Part shown: positions 48,060-58,934 of the stretch, piece by piece
How the letters are laid out: the number at the start of each line of letters is the position of its first letter
Numbering within the stretch: position 1 is the stretch's first letter
Source of the DNA: Dehalococcoidia bacterium
GTDB lineage: Bacteria; Chloroflexota; Dehalococcoidia; UBA2979
DNA: 64,000 bases
Direction: 5' to 3'
NCBI GenBank assembly: GCA_029247135.1
Contig: JAQWLS010000009.1
Coordinates: 1,863-65,862, forward strand
Notes under the pieces: generated by a model
Databases searched by the model: none
Seen by the model: the letters and a program-made list of their open reading frames with translations, nothing else
Told to the model about the DNA's origin: nothing
Program-made: the position numbers and the translations under genes

Positions 48060-49265
48060 TTGGTGCAACTCACTAACACAGGACCTACACTTCAAGCCCT
48101 AATCATGTTCGGTGGCATGGGTGGAAAACCTGCGGAAACATTAATGCGAGAGGCTCTAGAAGCCGCAGCAACTGATCTAGCTCAAATATGCCATCAAAGT
48201 GGAGAATTCACTGATATCACTATTCTTGCTGACTCGCCGATCGACGCTCTGGACGAGAAAATCCTGTCCCAGCAACTATCTGATCCCAACGCCGCTTTCG
48301 GAAATCTTATTAATCAATTTTCACAATCCCTCAAGCAAAAAACTACAAATACCGACGGTTACGTATACTTTGGAGCCGGAAGTGGGCCCCTACTCGACTC
48401 CAAAGATATCCAAATAATGACCAAATCCCTGAATAAAGCTAAACCGAATAGCTGCATCACCAACAATCGTTATTCCGCCGATTTTTTTGGTATAAGACCA
48501 ACTAATCTCCTAGAGTCACTCCAACCACCACCAATAAGTGACAACGTTGTACCTATTCGATTGAGCGACGAAAGCGGAACCTCTGTGATTGAAATACCTC
48601 GATCTGCCAAAACTCAATTCAATATTGACGTCCCTTCTGACTTGGCAACACTATCGCTAATAAGGAAATCTGGACCGAAACTAGAAGCATTTATTGCACA
48701 AAAAAACGAAGTTCTCAATCCAGCAGCTCGCGCCCAATGGCACGCATCTCAGCACTTCCTCAAAAGAGACTCAGAGGTTTTTATTTATGGCAGAACTTCC
48801 TCCCGGGTTTGGTCATACCTTGAAACTGAGACTGCTTGCAAAATAAGAATAATATCTGAAGAACGGGGGCTCAAAAGTGCCCGCAAAGGGCACCAAGCCC
48901 GTTCAATTCTCGCCTATTTAATACAGGCGTACGGACCACAAGAAGTTTTCTGTAAATTGCTTCCCCAGTTTTGTTCGGCTGCATTCGTCGACTTAATACC
49001 AATCATTGAACATATGGAACTTGCCTGCAGCAGAAGCGATCGGTTTTCAGCTGACTTGTTCCAGCACGATAACATCGAAAATGAATTACTTAGAGAAATA
49101 ATCGTTGCAATTACCGAGTCACCTATACCAATAGCGTTAGGAGGGCACTCATTAGTAAGTTCGAGTCTGGAGATACTAAATCAATTAGTATGGGATGTAG
49201 CAGATAATTTGATTCCAAACCCAATGAAGGATTCATACTCGTCTACTTCCAAGACAGAACTGTAG
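48060..49265 (+). CDS. Hypothetical protein (possible nucleotidyltransferase-like N-terminus)
   Basis: 401-aa ORF. The N-terminus ALIMFGGMGGKP weakly resembles the glycine-rich loop of MobA/NTP-transferase folds. There is no confident family assignment. Confidence 0.35.
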   Translation: MVQLTNTGPTLQALIMFGGMGGKPAETLMREALEAAATDLAQICHQSGEFTDITILADSPIDALDEKILSQQLSDPNAAFGNLINQFSQSLKQKTTNTDGYVYFGAGSGPLLDSKDIQIMTKSLNKAKPNSCITNNRYSADFFGIRPTNLLESLQPPPISDNVVPIRLSDESGTSVIEIPRSAKTQFNIDVPSDLATLSLIRKSGPKLEAFIAQKNEVLNPAARAQWHASQHFLKRDSEVFIYGRTSSRVWSYLETETACKIRIISEERGLKSARKGHQARSILAYLIQAYGPQEVFCKLLPQFCSAAFVDLIPIIEHMELACSRSDRFSADLFQHDNIENELLREIIVAITESPIPIALGGHSLVSSSLEILNQLVWDVADNLIPNPMKDSYSSTSKTEL

Positions 49266-49277
49266 AAAGTCTAAATC

Positions 49278-50519
49278 ATGTCAGCACTCCTCAACACAGA
49301 TCCTGAAATCGCAAATGCCATCTATCAAGAAGAATCTAGGCAAAGTACAGTGTTAGAAATGATTGCGTCAGAAAATTATGCGTCAAAAGCAGTATTAGAA
49401 GCCGTTGGATCAGTATTGACTAATAAATATTCTGAAGGGTATCCAGGTGCTCGTTATTACAACGGAAATTATGTAGTAGATGAAGTGGAGAGGTTAGCCA
49501 GATCAAGGGCTAAGGATCTTTTTGGTGCCGATCACGCGAATCTACAGCCGCACTCAGGTGCACAAGCAAATCTAGCTGCGTATCTTGCTCTACTAAATCC
49601 AGGAGATACGGTGATGGGATTGAAGTTGGACTCAGGTGGACACTTAACTCATGGATCGCCAGTCAACGCATCAGGGAAAATATATAATTTTGTATCCTAC
49701 GAAGTCGACAAAGAATCACACCTAGTTGATTATGAATCAATGTTGGCCCAGGCAAAAAACACCCGTCCGAAATTAATTATTGTGGGTGCCACAGCATACC
49801 CGCGAGTCTGGGACTTTGAGCGTGCGCGCCATATCGCCAATGAGATCGGAGCGGTGCTCCTAGCTGACATAGCCCACATATCCGGACTAGTCGCTGCTAA
49901 AGTACACCCCACTCCAGTTGGACATGCCCAAGTCATAACATCTTCAACTCATAAAACACTTCGAGGGCCGCGTGGAGGAATAATTCTCTGTGATGAGGAT
50001 TATCGAAAAAGAATTAATTCTGGCGTTTTTCCGGGAACCCAAGGAGGGCCAATGATGCATGTGATTGCGGGAAAAGCCGTAATGCTCAAAGAAGCCAACA
50101 CGACTGAATTCAAAAACTACGCGCAACAAGTAGTCCTTAACGCGAAGCACCTAGCAACACATCTAATCGACGGTGGCTTCAATTTAGTGACAGGTGGAAC
50201 TGACAACCATTTACTACTTTTAGATATCCGGGATCGCGGAATAACTGGTCGAGAAGCCGCAAATGCACTCGAAAAAGCAGGGATCGTATGTAACTTTAAT
50301 TCTGTTCCGTTTGATGATAGACCTGTGCGAGAAGGTGGAGGAATTAGACTTGGCACCCCGGCAATAACCTCACGAGGGCTCAAAACTGAACATATGAGCC
50401 TTGTAGCCAACTGGATTACACGAGCGCTTCATGACGTTAACAACGAAGATGAACTTAAAGTAATTAGTCAAGAAATTACAACACTCCTCAATGAATTCGC
50501 TACGCCCGGAATAGCTTAG
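49278..50519 (+). CDS. glyA: Serine hydroxymethyltransferase
   Basis: The IASENY motif and the PLP-Lys region (TTHKTLRGPRGG) are present. 413 aa. Confidence 0.95.
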   Translation: MSALLNTDPEIANAIYQEESRQSTVLEMIASENYASKAVLEAVGSVLTNKYSEGYPGARYYNGNYVVDEVERLARSRAKDLFGADHANLQPHSGAQANLAAYLALLNPGDTVMGLKLDSGGHLTHGSPVNASGKIYNFVSYEVDKESHLVDYESMLAQAKNTRPKLIIVGATAYPRVWDFERARHIANEIGAVLLADIAHISGLVAAKVHPTPVGHAQVITSSTHKTLRGPRGGIILCDEDYRKRINSGVFPGTQGGPMMHVIAGKAVMLKEANTTEFKNYAQQVVLNAKHLATHLIDGGFNLVTGGTDNHLLLLDIRDRGITGREAANALEKAGIVCNFNSVPFDDRPVREGGGIRLGTPAITSRGLKTEHMSLVANWITRALHDVNNEDELKVISQEITTLLNEFATPGIA

Positions 50520-52098
50520 ATCGCCATCTCTGGATTGGTTGGAAAAGCTGAGAATCCAGTTGAGTTGTGACAGCCAAATAAATTAAGGCTGCGATACCCA
50601 ACTGAGATATTAATTTAAATATCACTTGTATATCTACCAAGAAATGATCGAACAACCGAATAAATAGAATCATCGCAGCCAATCCCAGGCAAATAGACCC
50701 AATAGATCTTGCAAATTTCTGCTTTAGAATAAATTGATTTTGCTTGTCCAAGATAATAGCTAATAGAATAGCTTCGACCAAACCAGATATCGAAAGCGCA
50801 ACTGTCAGGCCAGTCAGACCAAAATGACCAACTTGGACAAGTAAAAGTGCTAGTACAAAATTCAGAGCCACCGCGATTACAGCGATTAAGACAGGTATGC
50901 GAGTATTAGACAGTGCGTAAAAACCTCGACTTAAAACCTCAACAAGAGCATACCCCACGGAACCAATCGCCAAAATTCGCACTGCTTGAGCAACCATCCG
51001 CGTTGCCTCGCTGTCAAATGCTCCATACTCCAACAGCACTCGGATGATTCCATCAGCTAAAAATACCAAACCCACCGCCATGGGTGCTACAAGCCAAAGA
51101 GTCATTCGAAAAGCCATAAATAACTCTTGACTGAACTGAACGGTGTCATCCTGAGATATGTCATCCACTAAAGTAGGAAATATAGCCGTCGCAATAGACA
51201 TTCCAGCTAACCCCACGGGAAGCATCATTATCATGAACGCGAACATGATTACGTTAATAGATGCATCTGAAATCAAAGACGCAAACAATATCAAAATGAA
51301 AAGATTTAGTTGTGCTGCGGCCAAGCCTAAAACTCTCGGTGCTGCCAATTTAAATACTGATTGAACAAACATATTTCTAAGATCTAAACTAGGTGACCAA
51401 CGCATCCTTAAAAAGATCACGCTAGGGATTTGAACCGTCAAATGCAAAGCTGCTCCCAAAATAACCCCGTACGCCAGACCCTCAATTCCCCAAAGATCAA
51501 CCAACCATAGCCCGCCGAAAATAATACCCACGTTATAAATTCCAGGGGCAATTGCCGAGGTAACGAAATGTTGACGAGCATTCAATATCCCCGTCAATAC
51601 CCCAGATACACAAAAGATAATCGGAGTAATCAACATCAACCGCGTTAATCGGATCGCCATCTCCATTAATTCAGCGCTTGAGTCCGAGTCATCACCAAGG
51701 CCTGGCGCGACCAAAGGCACTAACCAAGGTGCGGAAATAAAGCTCACAATAGATAGAAACAACGTTACTAGAAACAATAGGTTCAGCACGGATGAAGCTA
51801 TCCGCCAAGCATGCTTTTCTCCTTCTTGAGTCCATACCTTGGTAAAAACAGGAATTAACGCTGCGGAAAGCGTTGCTCCCGCTATAAGCTGGAAAAGACT
51901 ATCGGGAATACGAAACGCAACAAAATAGGCTGAAAGCGCCGGATTATCTACGCCAAACTCTTGACTAATCACAACCTGTCGCAAAAGTCCTAACACGCGT
52001 GAAAGTACATACCCCCCGGCAACTATGGCAGTAATAATCGCAATATTACTGCGACGGGAAATAACTTGTTCGCTTTTGTCTGCCAAAATTATCGCCAA
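50500..52098 (-). CDS. murJ: Lipid II flippase MurJ
   Basis: 532-aa polytopic MviN/MurJ family protein (GLLRQVVISQEFG, AFRIPDSLFQL). Confidence 0.8.
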   Translation of the reverse strand: MAIILADKSEQVISRRSNIAIITAIVAGGYVLSRVLGLLRQVVISQEFGVDNPALSAYFVAFRIPDSLFQLIAGATLSAALIPVFTKVWTQEGEKHAWRIASSVLNLLFLVTLFLSIVSFISAPWLVPLVAPGLGDDSDSSAELMEMAIRLTRLMLITPIIFCVSGVLTGILNARQHFVTSAIAPGIYNVGIIFGGLWLVDLWGIEGLAYGVILGAALHLTVQIPSVIFLRMRWSPSLDLRNMFVQSVFKLAAPRVLGLAAAQLNLFILILFASLISDASINVIMFAFMIMMLPVGLAGMSIATAIFPTLVDDISQDDTVQFSQELFMAFRMTLWLVAPMAVGLVFLADGIIRVLLEYGAFDSEATRMVAQAVRILAIGSVGYALVEVLSRGFYALSNTRIPVLIAVIAVALNFVLALLLVQVGHFGLTGLTVALSISGLVEAILLAIILDKQNQFILKQKFARSIGSICLGLAAMILFIRLFDHFLVDIQVIFKLISQLGIAALIYLAVTTQLDSQLFQPIQRWRSKLFRA

Positions 52099-52195
52099 TC
52101 AGAATTATCTGGACGTCTGTAGGAATCCATAAGCAACAGACTAAGGCATCAGGAGTTAAGCTTACTAAACTTAAAAAATAAGGATTAATCTTTAG

Positions 52196-53248
52196 ATGCC
52201 AAACTTAAAAAATCTATTTGGGTCGCAAATTGGAATAGACCTCGGGACTTCCACTATAAAAGTAAGTTCTCCCAATGGAAATATTCTCTACCAGCAACCA
52301 ACGGTTGTCGCCATTAGCAGACGAGACAATATCGTCATTGCAGTGGGTGAAGAGGCGCAATCAATGATCGGTCGAGCTCCCGAAACAATATCGGTAATTA
52401 GACCAATGAAGGATGGTGCGATTGCAGATTACTTAATCACACAAGCGCTACTGCAACATTGTCTAAAACAAACGATCGGGCCAGTATTAGTAAAGCCTGA
52501 GGCTATGATTGCGGCTCCGGTAGGTATCACACCTGTCCACAGAGATAGCGTGAGAGAAGCAGCGGAAGCTGCGGGAGCTAGACAGCCCACTCATATCATT
52601 CCGGAACCCCTCGCAGCAGCAATTGGTGCCGAAGTGCCCATAGGATCTGCAGACGGTGCGATGGTTGTTGATATAGGTGGCGGAAGAGCTGAAGCTGCCG
52701 TGATATCAATGTTTGGGATGGTAGCTAAGGGTTCAATACGGGTAGGCGGAGATAAATTAGATCAGGCGATTCAACGCTATCTGGTGGCTCACCATGAACT
52801 AGTCATTGGCGAACGAACTGCCGAACAAATAAAAATTCAAATAGGGTCCGCAATCACCACAGATTCCCCAAACAAGATTCGAGTGAGAGGAAAACATGTC
52901 ACGGGACAACCCAAGGTGATAATAATTAACTCCAACGAGATAGCGATGGCACTTAGAGACTCGCTCACGCAAATAACTCAACTAATAAGAACAGTTCTCG
53001 AACAGACAGAACCTGAACTTTCGTCGGACATTATTCAAAGAGGAGTCTTAGTCACAGGTGGCACTGCGAAACTAAGTGGAATAGATATATTTCTTAGGGA
53101 AATCTTACACATTGCATGCTATGTAGTTGATGAACCTGATAAAGCCGTAGTACGCGGAGCTGCCGCAGCCGTAGAATATGCACCTGCAATAGAAAGAACG
53201 ATGCTCAGCCCGACGGATGAGCTATATATAACATCCAGACAGATGTAG
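52196..53248 (+). CDS. mreB: Rod shape-determining actin-like protein MreB
   Basis: Actin-fold motifs IGIDLGTSTIKV, DIGGG and VVTGGTAKL are present. Confidence 0.8.
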   Translation: MPNLKNLFGSQIGIDLGTSTIKVSSPNGNILYQQPTVVAISRRDNIVIAVGEEAQSMIGRAPETISVIRPMKDGAIADYLITQALLQHCLKQTIGPVLVKPEAMIAAPVGITPVHRDSVREAAEAAGARQPTHIIPEPLAAAIGAEVPIGSADGAMVVDIGGGRAEAAVISMFGMVAKGSIRVGGDKLDQAIQRYLVAHHELVIGERTAEQIKIQIGSAITTDSPNKIRVRGKHVTGQPKVIIINSNEIAMALRDSLTQITQLIRTVLEQTEPELSSDIIQRGVLVTGGTAKLSGIDIFLREILHIACYVVDEPDKAVVRGAAAAVEYAPAIERTMLSPTDELYITSRQM

Positions 53249-53268
53249 TAGCACACTACGACAAATCT

Positions 53269-54294
53269 TTAAGATTCAGATAATATTCCCCGTTGAAGCA
53301 AAGATTCAGCGATCTGAATCGCATTTGTAGCAGCGCCTTTTCGTAAGTTATCACTAACACACCAGAACACTACACCATTGTCTACAGAGGGATCAAAGCG
53401 GAGTCTCGAAACAAAAGTATCGTCACAATCTGCTGCCTCAAGTGGCGTAACGTAATTAGTTTGATCGTCATCAAACACTAAGCCGTCTTGTAAGCTAAGT
53501 GCATTTCCCAAATCTACTAAAGACACTTCTGAAGCAAATTCTACATGTACCACCTCTGAATGCCCATAAAGCACTGGAACACGAACACAGGTAGCCGCAA
53601 AGGGTAGATCGTAATCATGAAGGATTTTGCGTGTTTCGTTTCGCATCTTAAGTTCCTCTTTTGTGAAACCATCCTCTCCAAAGTCATCTACATGCGGTAA
53701 CACATTTTGAGCAATTTGGACGGGGTATGCCTCAGGTGTTGAAATGTCACTCCCCTGACTAAGAGAACTATTCTGGTCTATCAATTCTTGAACGGCTGCG
53801 GCTCCCGTCCCCGATACCGCTTGATATGTTGCCGCAGTCACTCTCTTGATCGAACTAACTTGTTGCATGGCATTCAACGCCATCACTAACGGCGTAGTCG
53901 TACAGTTCGGAATAGAAATTATCCAGTTATGCGCGTCGAGATCGTTGCCGTTAACTTCAGGAATTACAAGCGGAACATCTTCGTCCATTCTGAAAGCACT
54001 ACCATCGTCGATCATTATTATTTCACGTTCACGACACCAGGCGCCCCATACTTTCGAGACCTCTGAAGATGCGGAACAAAAAACAAGATCAACTCCTTCA
54101 AGAGCTTCTTCGTTTGTCTCAAGAACCGTTAGCACCTCATTCCCATATTTGACCTGCTTACCAGCTGACCTTGAAGAAGCGAGAAGTCTTAAATTACGAA
54201 TAGGAAAATTCCGCTCAAACGCAACACGCATAAATACTTCACCCACAGCGCCAGTAGCACCGATTACTGCGACATCTAATCCTATTTTTTTCAA
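53269..54294 (-). CDS. asd: Aspartate-semialdehyde dehydrogenase
   Basis: NAD-binding GATGAVG and the catalytic Cys (NCTT) region are present. 341 aa. Confidence 0.9.
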   Translation of the reverse strand: MKKIGLDVAVIGATGAVGEVFMRVAFERNFPIRNLRLLASSRSAGKQVKYGNEVLTVLETNEEALEGVDLVFCSASSEVSKVWGAWCREREIIMIDDGSAFRMDEDVPLVIPEVNGNDLDAHNWIISIPNCTTTPLVMALNAMQQVSSIKRVTAATYQAVSGTGAAAVQELIDQNSSLSQGSDISTPEAYPVQIAQNVLPHVDDFGEDGFTKEELKMRNETRKILHDYDLPFAATCVRVPVLYGHSEVVHVEFASEVSLVDLGNALSLQDGLVFDDDQTNYVTPLEAADCDDTFVSRLRFDPSVDNGVVFWCVSDNLRKGAATNAIQIAESLLQRGILSES

Positions 54295-54503
54295 ACTACT
54301 ACTCCGTACTACATCAATTACTAAAAAAATCCACGTTTATTATTCATTAAATTCGTTTACCACGTCTATACAAAATACTCGCACAGCTCTAATTGTTAAT
54401 AATCAAAGTCCTTCCGTCAAGAACATCTTCGCAAAACAAAAATATCAATTTGAACTAAGATTAAAATTATATAAATAAAACAGCTACAAGATTGTGTTAA
54501 TAC

Positions 54504-55163
54504 ATGGTAGACGAGGACCAAATTTTAGACCTGGAAACGCAACACGTCGAACAACCCAGTGAATCTCGCTTAGGGCCAAAACGCGTTAATGCGACTGAAA
54601 AGAAATGGTGGTGGCCTTGGTCAGCCCAAAATCCATCCGAAAGCTTCATGGCGCAGAAAAATCATTTTCTCACACTAGCTGAAGAAACGTCTGGAGCACT
54701 GAAAAAGGCGCGCGAAAATCTTGGGCTCACATTAGCTGATGTAGAGTCACAGACTTTTGTCAATGGCCAATTTCTCGACACAATCGAAAAGGGTCAATGG
54801 GAAAGACTCCCGGCACGCGTATACGCTCAAGGCGCAGCCTTGAGTTATGCAAATGCAGTAGGACTCGAAAATCCGGCTCAGCACGCCCAAAATATATCAA
54901 ACGTCTTAAGGATGCCAGAGCATCTAAACCCCAGCACAGGTCTTATGAAAAAATCCTCAAAACAACTAAACACCTTTCGAATCGAGCTAATGGTGCTAAT
55001 CGGGATAATTGTATTACTGATAGCAGTCGGTATATATATACAAAACTCAGGGCTCATATCAGATATCTTCAATGATACGGAAGAAGAAGCCAGAATATTC
55101 ACGGGCACCGCCCTAGCTTCAGGATCAAAATACGTATTGCACCTCCGTGCACCACGTCCGTAA
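54504..55163 (+). CDS. Helix-turn-helix domain membrane protein (RodZ-like)
   Basis: XRE-type HTH (LKKARENLGLTLADVESQT) followed by a single TM helix. It lies near mreB. Confidence 0.5.
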   Translation: MVDEDQILDLETQHVEQPSESRLGPKRVNATEKKWWWPWSAQNPSESFMAQKNHFLTLAEETSGALKKARENLGLTLADVESQTFVNGQFLDTIEKGQWERLPARVYAQGAALSYANAVGLENPAQHAQNISNVLRMPEHLNPSTGLMKKSSKQLNTFRIELMVLIGIIVLLIAVGIYIQNSGLISDIFNDTEEEARIFTGTALASGSKYVLHLRAPRP

Positions 55164-55181
55164 TCATTGTAAACTCTAGCA

Positions 55182-56234
55182 ATGAATGAGACAGTAGCAG
55201 ACCTAATAGATCAAGACGATATACTCATCGATCAAAGGAATCGGCCGCTCCGAGATCTTCGTATTTCCCTAACTGATAAATGCAATTTTCGCTGCCCATA
55301 CTGCATGCCAAAAGAAATATTTAAAGCGGGTTATAAATTCTTAGATCGCCAGTCGATTCTATCCGCCTCTGAAATCATCCGGTTGGCACTAATTTTTAAA
55401 GATCTCGGAATTAGTAAAATTCGCCTCACTGGAGGAGAACCAACTCTTCGAAATGACCTTCTAACAATTATCTCTGAACTCGCTAAAATTCCTGAACTTG
55501 AAATAGCCATGACAACAAATGGCACTCGACTAGAAGAGCTCGCGGTCCCACTCCGCGACGCTGGCTTAAATAGAATCACCGTATCTCTTGATGCAGTTGA
55601 TTCGGCAACGTTTGAAAAAATGAACGATGTATCTGTGCCTCTGGAAAAAGTGCTTAATGGCATCGACTCCGCACGGAAAGCAGGATTCAATCCAATCAAA
55701 ATCAATACGGTTGTGCGTAAAAATTGGAATGACCAGGTCATTATCCAGTTGGTTGATCACTTTAGAAATACCAGCGACATTGTTAGATTCATAGAATTCA
55801 TGGATGTGGGATCGACAAACGGATGGAACATGTCAGATACCGTCCCGACTAAAGAACTATTAGCCACTATAAACAATCATTCTCCTATAGTTCCTACTGA
55901 AATTAACTATGTGGGAGAGGTCGCCAAAAGATATCAATTCGTTGACGGGTCAGGTGAAATCGGCTTTATCACATCCGTAACTCAACCTTTTTGTGGAACC
56001 TGCACGAGAGCACGTATTTCTGCTGATGGCAAGCTATACACATGTCTTTTTTCAACGGCTGCATCTATTGACCTTGCTAGCCTTCTGAGAACAGAAAAAG
56101 ATGATGACTTAATTTTAGAAAAAATAGGTATGATATGGAAAAATCGAAATGATCGATATTCTGAAATTAGATCACAAATAGATTCGAACGAAGAACAAGA
56201 AAATAAAATTGAAATGTCCTACATCGGCGGTTGA
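55182..56234 (+). CDS. moaA: GTP 3',8-cyclase (radical SAM)
   Basis: CNFRCPYCMP radical-SAM cluster and C-terminal second-cluster Cys residues (CGTCTRAR) are present. Confidence 0.9.
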   Translation: MNETVADLIDQDDILIDQRNRPLRDLRISLTDKCNFRCPYCMPKEIFKAGYKFLDRQSILSASEIIRLALIFKDLGISKIRLTGGEPTLRNDLLTIISELAKIPELEIAMTTNGTRLEELAVPLRDAGLNRITVSLDAVDSATFEKMNDVSVPLEKVLNGIDSARKAGFNPIKINTVVRKNWNDQVIIQLVDHFRNTSDIVRFIEFMDVGSTNGWNMSDTVPTKELLATINNHSPIVPTEINYVGEVAKRYQFVDGSGEIGFITSVTQPFCGTCTRARISADGKLYTCLFSTAASIDLASLLRTEKDDDLILEKIGMIWKNRNDRYSEIRSQIDSNEEQENKIEMSYIGG

Positions 56235-56235
56235 T

Positions 56236-56928
56236 TTACATCTCGCTAATAAACATTGCTAAAAACCCAACCATATTAAACAACGCATGAATCCCAATAG
56301 ACGCCCAAAGTGACTTTTGGCGAGCAAATATAATCGAAAAAATAATTCCAATTCCGAAGATTGGTATTACTACACCTATATCCAAGTGAGTAATTGAAAA
56401 CAAAGCGGCACTCAAAGAATGAGCAATCCAATTCGGCCAATTAGACGCAAATCCCTGAAAGATGACGCCTCGGTAGAGTAGTTCTTCGGCCACAGGTGCG
56501 CCACAGATAGTAGTGACAGCCAACAACATCCATGCGATGAAAGAACGTCCTTCAGCGCCCGGGAGAGGAATCGCGTTTCCACGCTTAAATGAGCTCAGAT
56601 CCAAACCTAGCGTAACTTCCAGTGCAACAATCAATAGCAGATAACTGATTAAAACTAGGTATGAAAGTCCCAAGCCTAGAAATATAACTTGAATATTTGG
56701 AGTCTTGTCTAACCTAAGCGCCCTAAAAATATTTCCACGGCGGCGAGCAAATACTAAAACCATGACAACAATTGAACACTGCCAACCTAAACTGGCGACC
56801 CAAATATTCACGTCACTAAGAGAGGCTGAAAAACTCGAGGCAAAAACTACACCGACAACAAATATTAGACCTACGGTAGAAACAACGAGTGCCCCAAACG
56901 CATCGCTTAATCGAAAATAATTAGTCAC
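56236..56928 (-). CDS. CPBP-family intramembrane metalloprotease (CAAX protease homolog)
   Basis: EExxYR (EELLYRGVIF), FxxxH (FSITHL) and the downstream His motif (IGIHALFN) are present. Confidence 0.75.
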   Translation of the reverse strand: MTNYFRLSDAFGALVVSTVGLIFVVGVVFASSFSASLSDVNIWVASLGWQCSIVVMVLVFARRRGNIFRALRLDKTPNIQVIFLGLGLSYLVLISYLLLIVALEVTLGLDLSSFKRGNAIPLPGAEGRSFIAWMLLAVTTICGAPVAEELLYRGVIFQGFASNWPNWIAHSLSAALFSITHLDIGVVIPIFGIGIIFSIIFARQKSLWASIGIHALFNMVGFLAMFISEM

Positions 56929-56955
56929 AGAACTAAGCTATACCATCGACCACAA

Positions 56956-58161
56956 TTACGATGATAGGCCTCCAAGCTCGTCCGCTACTGTTGACATATC
57001 TTTATCACCACGACCGCTGAGATTCACAACCACCACATCAGAACTTAAAATTTCATTTTCTAACCTAAGGCGCTTCAAGGCACCAAGAGCATGAGATGGC
57101 TCAAGAGCTGGAATAATACCTTCTAATTTCGAAAGTTCTTGAAATGCTCGAAGTGCTTCTTCGTCAGTCGCAGAATAATACTCGGCTTTTTCTGAAACTT
57201 TCAGCCAAGCATGTTCCGGTCCAACACCCGGATAATCGAGACCTGCTGACACCGAATGAACCGGCGAAATCTGACCGTTCCCATCCTGTAAAAGATACGT
57301 GCGAGTTCCATGTAGTACACCAGGACGACCAAGCGAAAGTGTCGCAGCATTTTCTTTATCCAATCCTAAACCAGCCGCCTCCACACCAATCAATCTGACT
57401 TGATCATCCAGAAATGCATGAAATATTCCGATTGCGTTAGAGCCGCCACCGACACAAGCCATTACGACCGAAGGCAATTTTCCATGTGAATCAAGAATTT
57501 GACTACGTGCTTCTCTGCCTATAACTCCTTGTAAATCTCTCACCATTGTTGGGTAGGGATGCGGTCCAATTGCCGAACCAATAATGTAATAAGTATCTCT
57601 AACAGTCGTAACCCAATCACGTATCGCCTCACTTGTAGCATCCTTTAGAGTTCGTGAACCAGCGCTTACGCCAATTACTTCGGCTCCCAAAACTTTCATT
57701 TTGAACACATTAAGTGCTTGACGAGCCATGTCCACTTCACCCATGTAAACAACACAATCCAAGTCTAATAATGCGCAAGCTGTGGCTGTAGCAACGCCAT
57801 GTTGTCCAGCTCCAGTTTCCGCAATTACGCGCTTCTTACCCATGCGTTTGGCCAGTAAAGCCTGAGCAAGCACAGCGTTAATTTTATGTGCGCCAGTATG
57901 GCAAAGATCTTCTCTCTTCAAGTATATTGTTGTATCCAATGACTCGGAAAGTCGCCCTGCGAAAGTAAGTGGCGTCGGACGTCCGACATAGTCTCGGAGC
58001 AAGTCATCAACATCTGCCAGAAAGCTCTCGTCAGCCATCGCCTCGAGATACGCTGATTCAAGTTGCTGTAGCGCCGGCATCAATGTCTCCGGTACATACT
58101 GACCGCCGAAGCTTCCAAAATATCCAGCCCTGGCGGACGACTCAATCTTTGACCCAGTCAT
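56956..58161 (-). CDS. trpB: Tryptophan synthase beta chain
   Basis: [16 protein letters not shown] and the PLP-Lys HTGAHKIN motif are present. 401 aa (TrpB1-type). Confidence 0.95.
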   Translation of the reverse strand: MTGSKIESSARAGYFGSFGGQYVPETLMPALQQLESAYLEAMADESFLADVDDLLRDYVGRPTPLTFAGRLSESLDTTIYLKREDLCHTGAHKINAVLAQALLAKRMGKKRVIAETGAGQHGVATATACALLDLDCVVYMGEVDMARQALNVFKMKVLGAEVIGVSAGSRTLKDATSEAIRDWVTTVRDTYYIIGSAIGPHPYPTMVRDLQGVIGREARSQILDSHGKLPSVVMACVGGGSNAIGIFHAFLDDQVRLIGVEAAGLGLDKENAATLSLGRPGVLHGTRTYLLQDGNGQISPVHSVSAGLDYPGVGPEHAWLKVSEKAEYYSATDEEALRAFQELSKLEGIIPALEPSHALGALKRLRLENEILSSDVVVVNLSGRGDKDMSTVADELGGLSS

Positions 58162-58180
58162 GCTATTTCTCCTGCCCTAC

Positions 58181-58930
58181 TTAATTTTCTTTGGTATTTT
58201 CGATGAAACTTGCCACCTTTTTATAATCTTTTACACCATTAGTTTCCGTGCCACTTGAAACATCTACAGCCCAGGGCTTTACCTTTTGAACGACATCCCT
58301 AATATTACCTGGCGTCAAGCCACCAGCTAATATGAGAGGAATCCTATTTGCTGTTCTCTCAGCTATGTCGAGAGGAATTTGCTTACCCGTCCCTCCAGCA
58401 GATTTTTCCGATTTAGCGTCAAGCATTAGAGCCAACGAGCGTCCAACCGGTACATCAACTAAAGGATCTGACGCATCATCCTCAGGATGAATATGAAGTA
58501 CCTGTATCACCTGTCGATTTACTAGTAACGAAAAATCCCATGATTCATTTCCAGACAATTGAACTAAATCAATCCCAGTTTCCTCGACAGTATTATTAAT
58601 TTCATCCGCACTTTGATCAGCAAACACACCCACTACTAAAGGGCGCTTGTAACCAAGATACGACTCAATTCTCTCAGCACCATACCTATACCAAAGTTCC
58701 AAATCAGTAACGCGTTTAGAGTCTGAGCGCTTGGGAGGGGGTAACTCTAATTCGAACGAATCTAATGAAGGACCAAGTTCACGCACCATCGCACGAGCTT
58801 CAGGGATACCTACCTTTCGAGGTGATTCCGCAAAAATAATCCCGACAAAATCAGCACCCAATTGGGCAGCCACGGCGACATCCATAGCGGTTCGATTGCC
58901 ACATATCTTTATCAAAGGTGATTTATTCAT
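58181..58930 (-). CDS. trpF: Phosphoribosylanthranilate isomerase
   Basis: IKICGNRTAMDVAVAAQLGADFVGIIF is present. It is longer than typical (249 aa). Confidence 0.85.
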   Translation of the reverse strand: MNKSPLIKICGNRTAMDVAVAAQLGADFVGIIFAESPRKVGIPEARAMVRELGPSLDSFELELPPPKRSDSKRVTDLELWYRYGAERIESYLGYKRPLVVGVFADQSADEINNTVEETGIDLVQLSGNESWDFSLLVNRQVIQVLHIHPEDDASDPLVDVPVGRSLALMLDAKSEKSAGGTGKQIPLDIAERTANRIPLILAGGLTPGNIRDVVQKVKPWAVDVSSGTETNGVKDYKKVASFIENTKEN

Positions 58931-58934
58931 GAAA

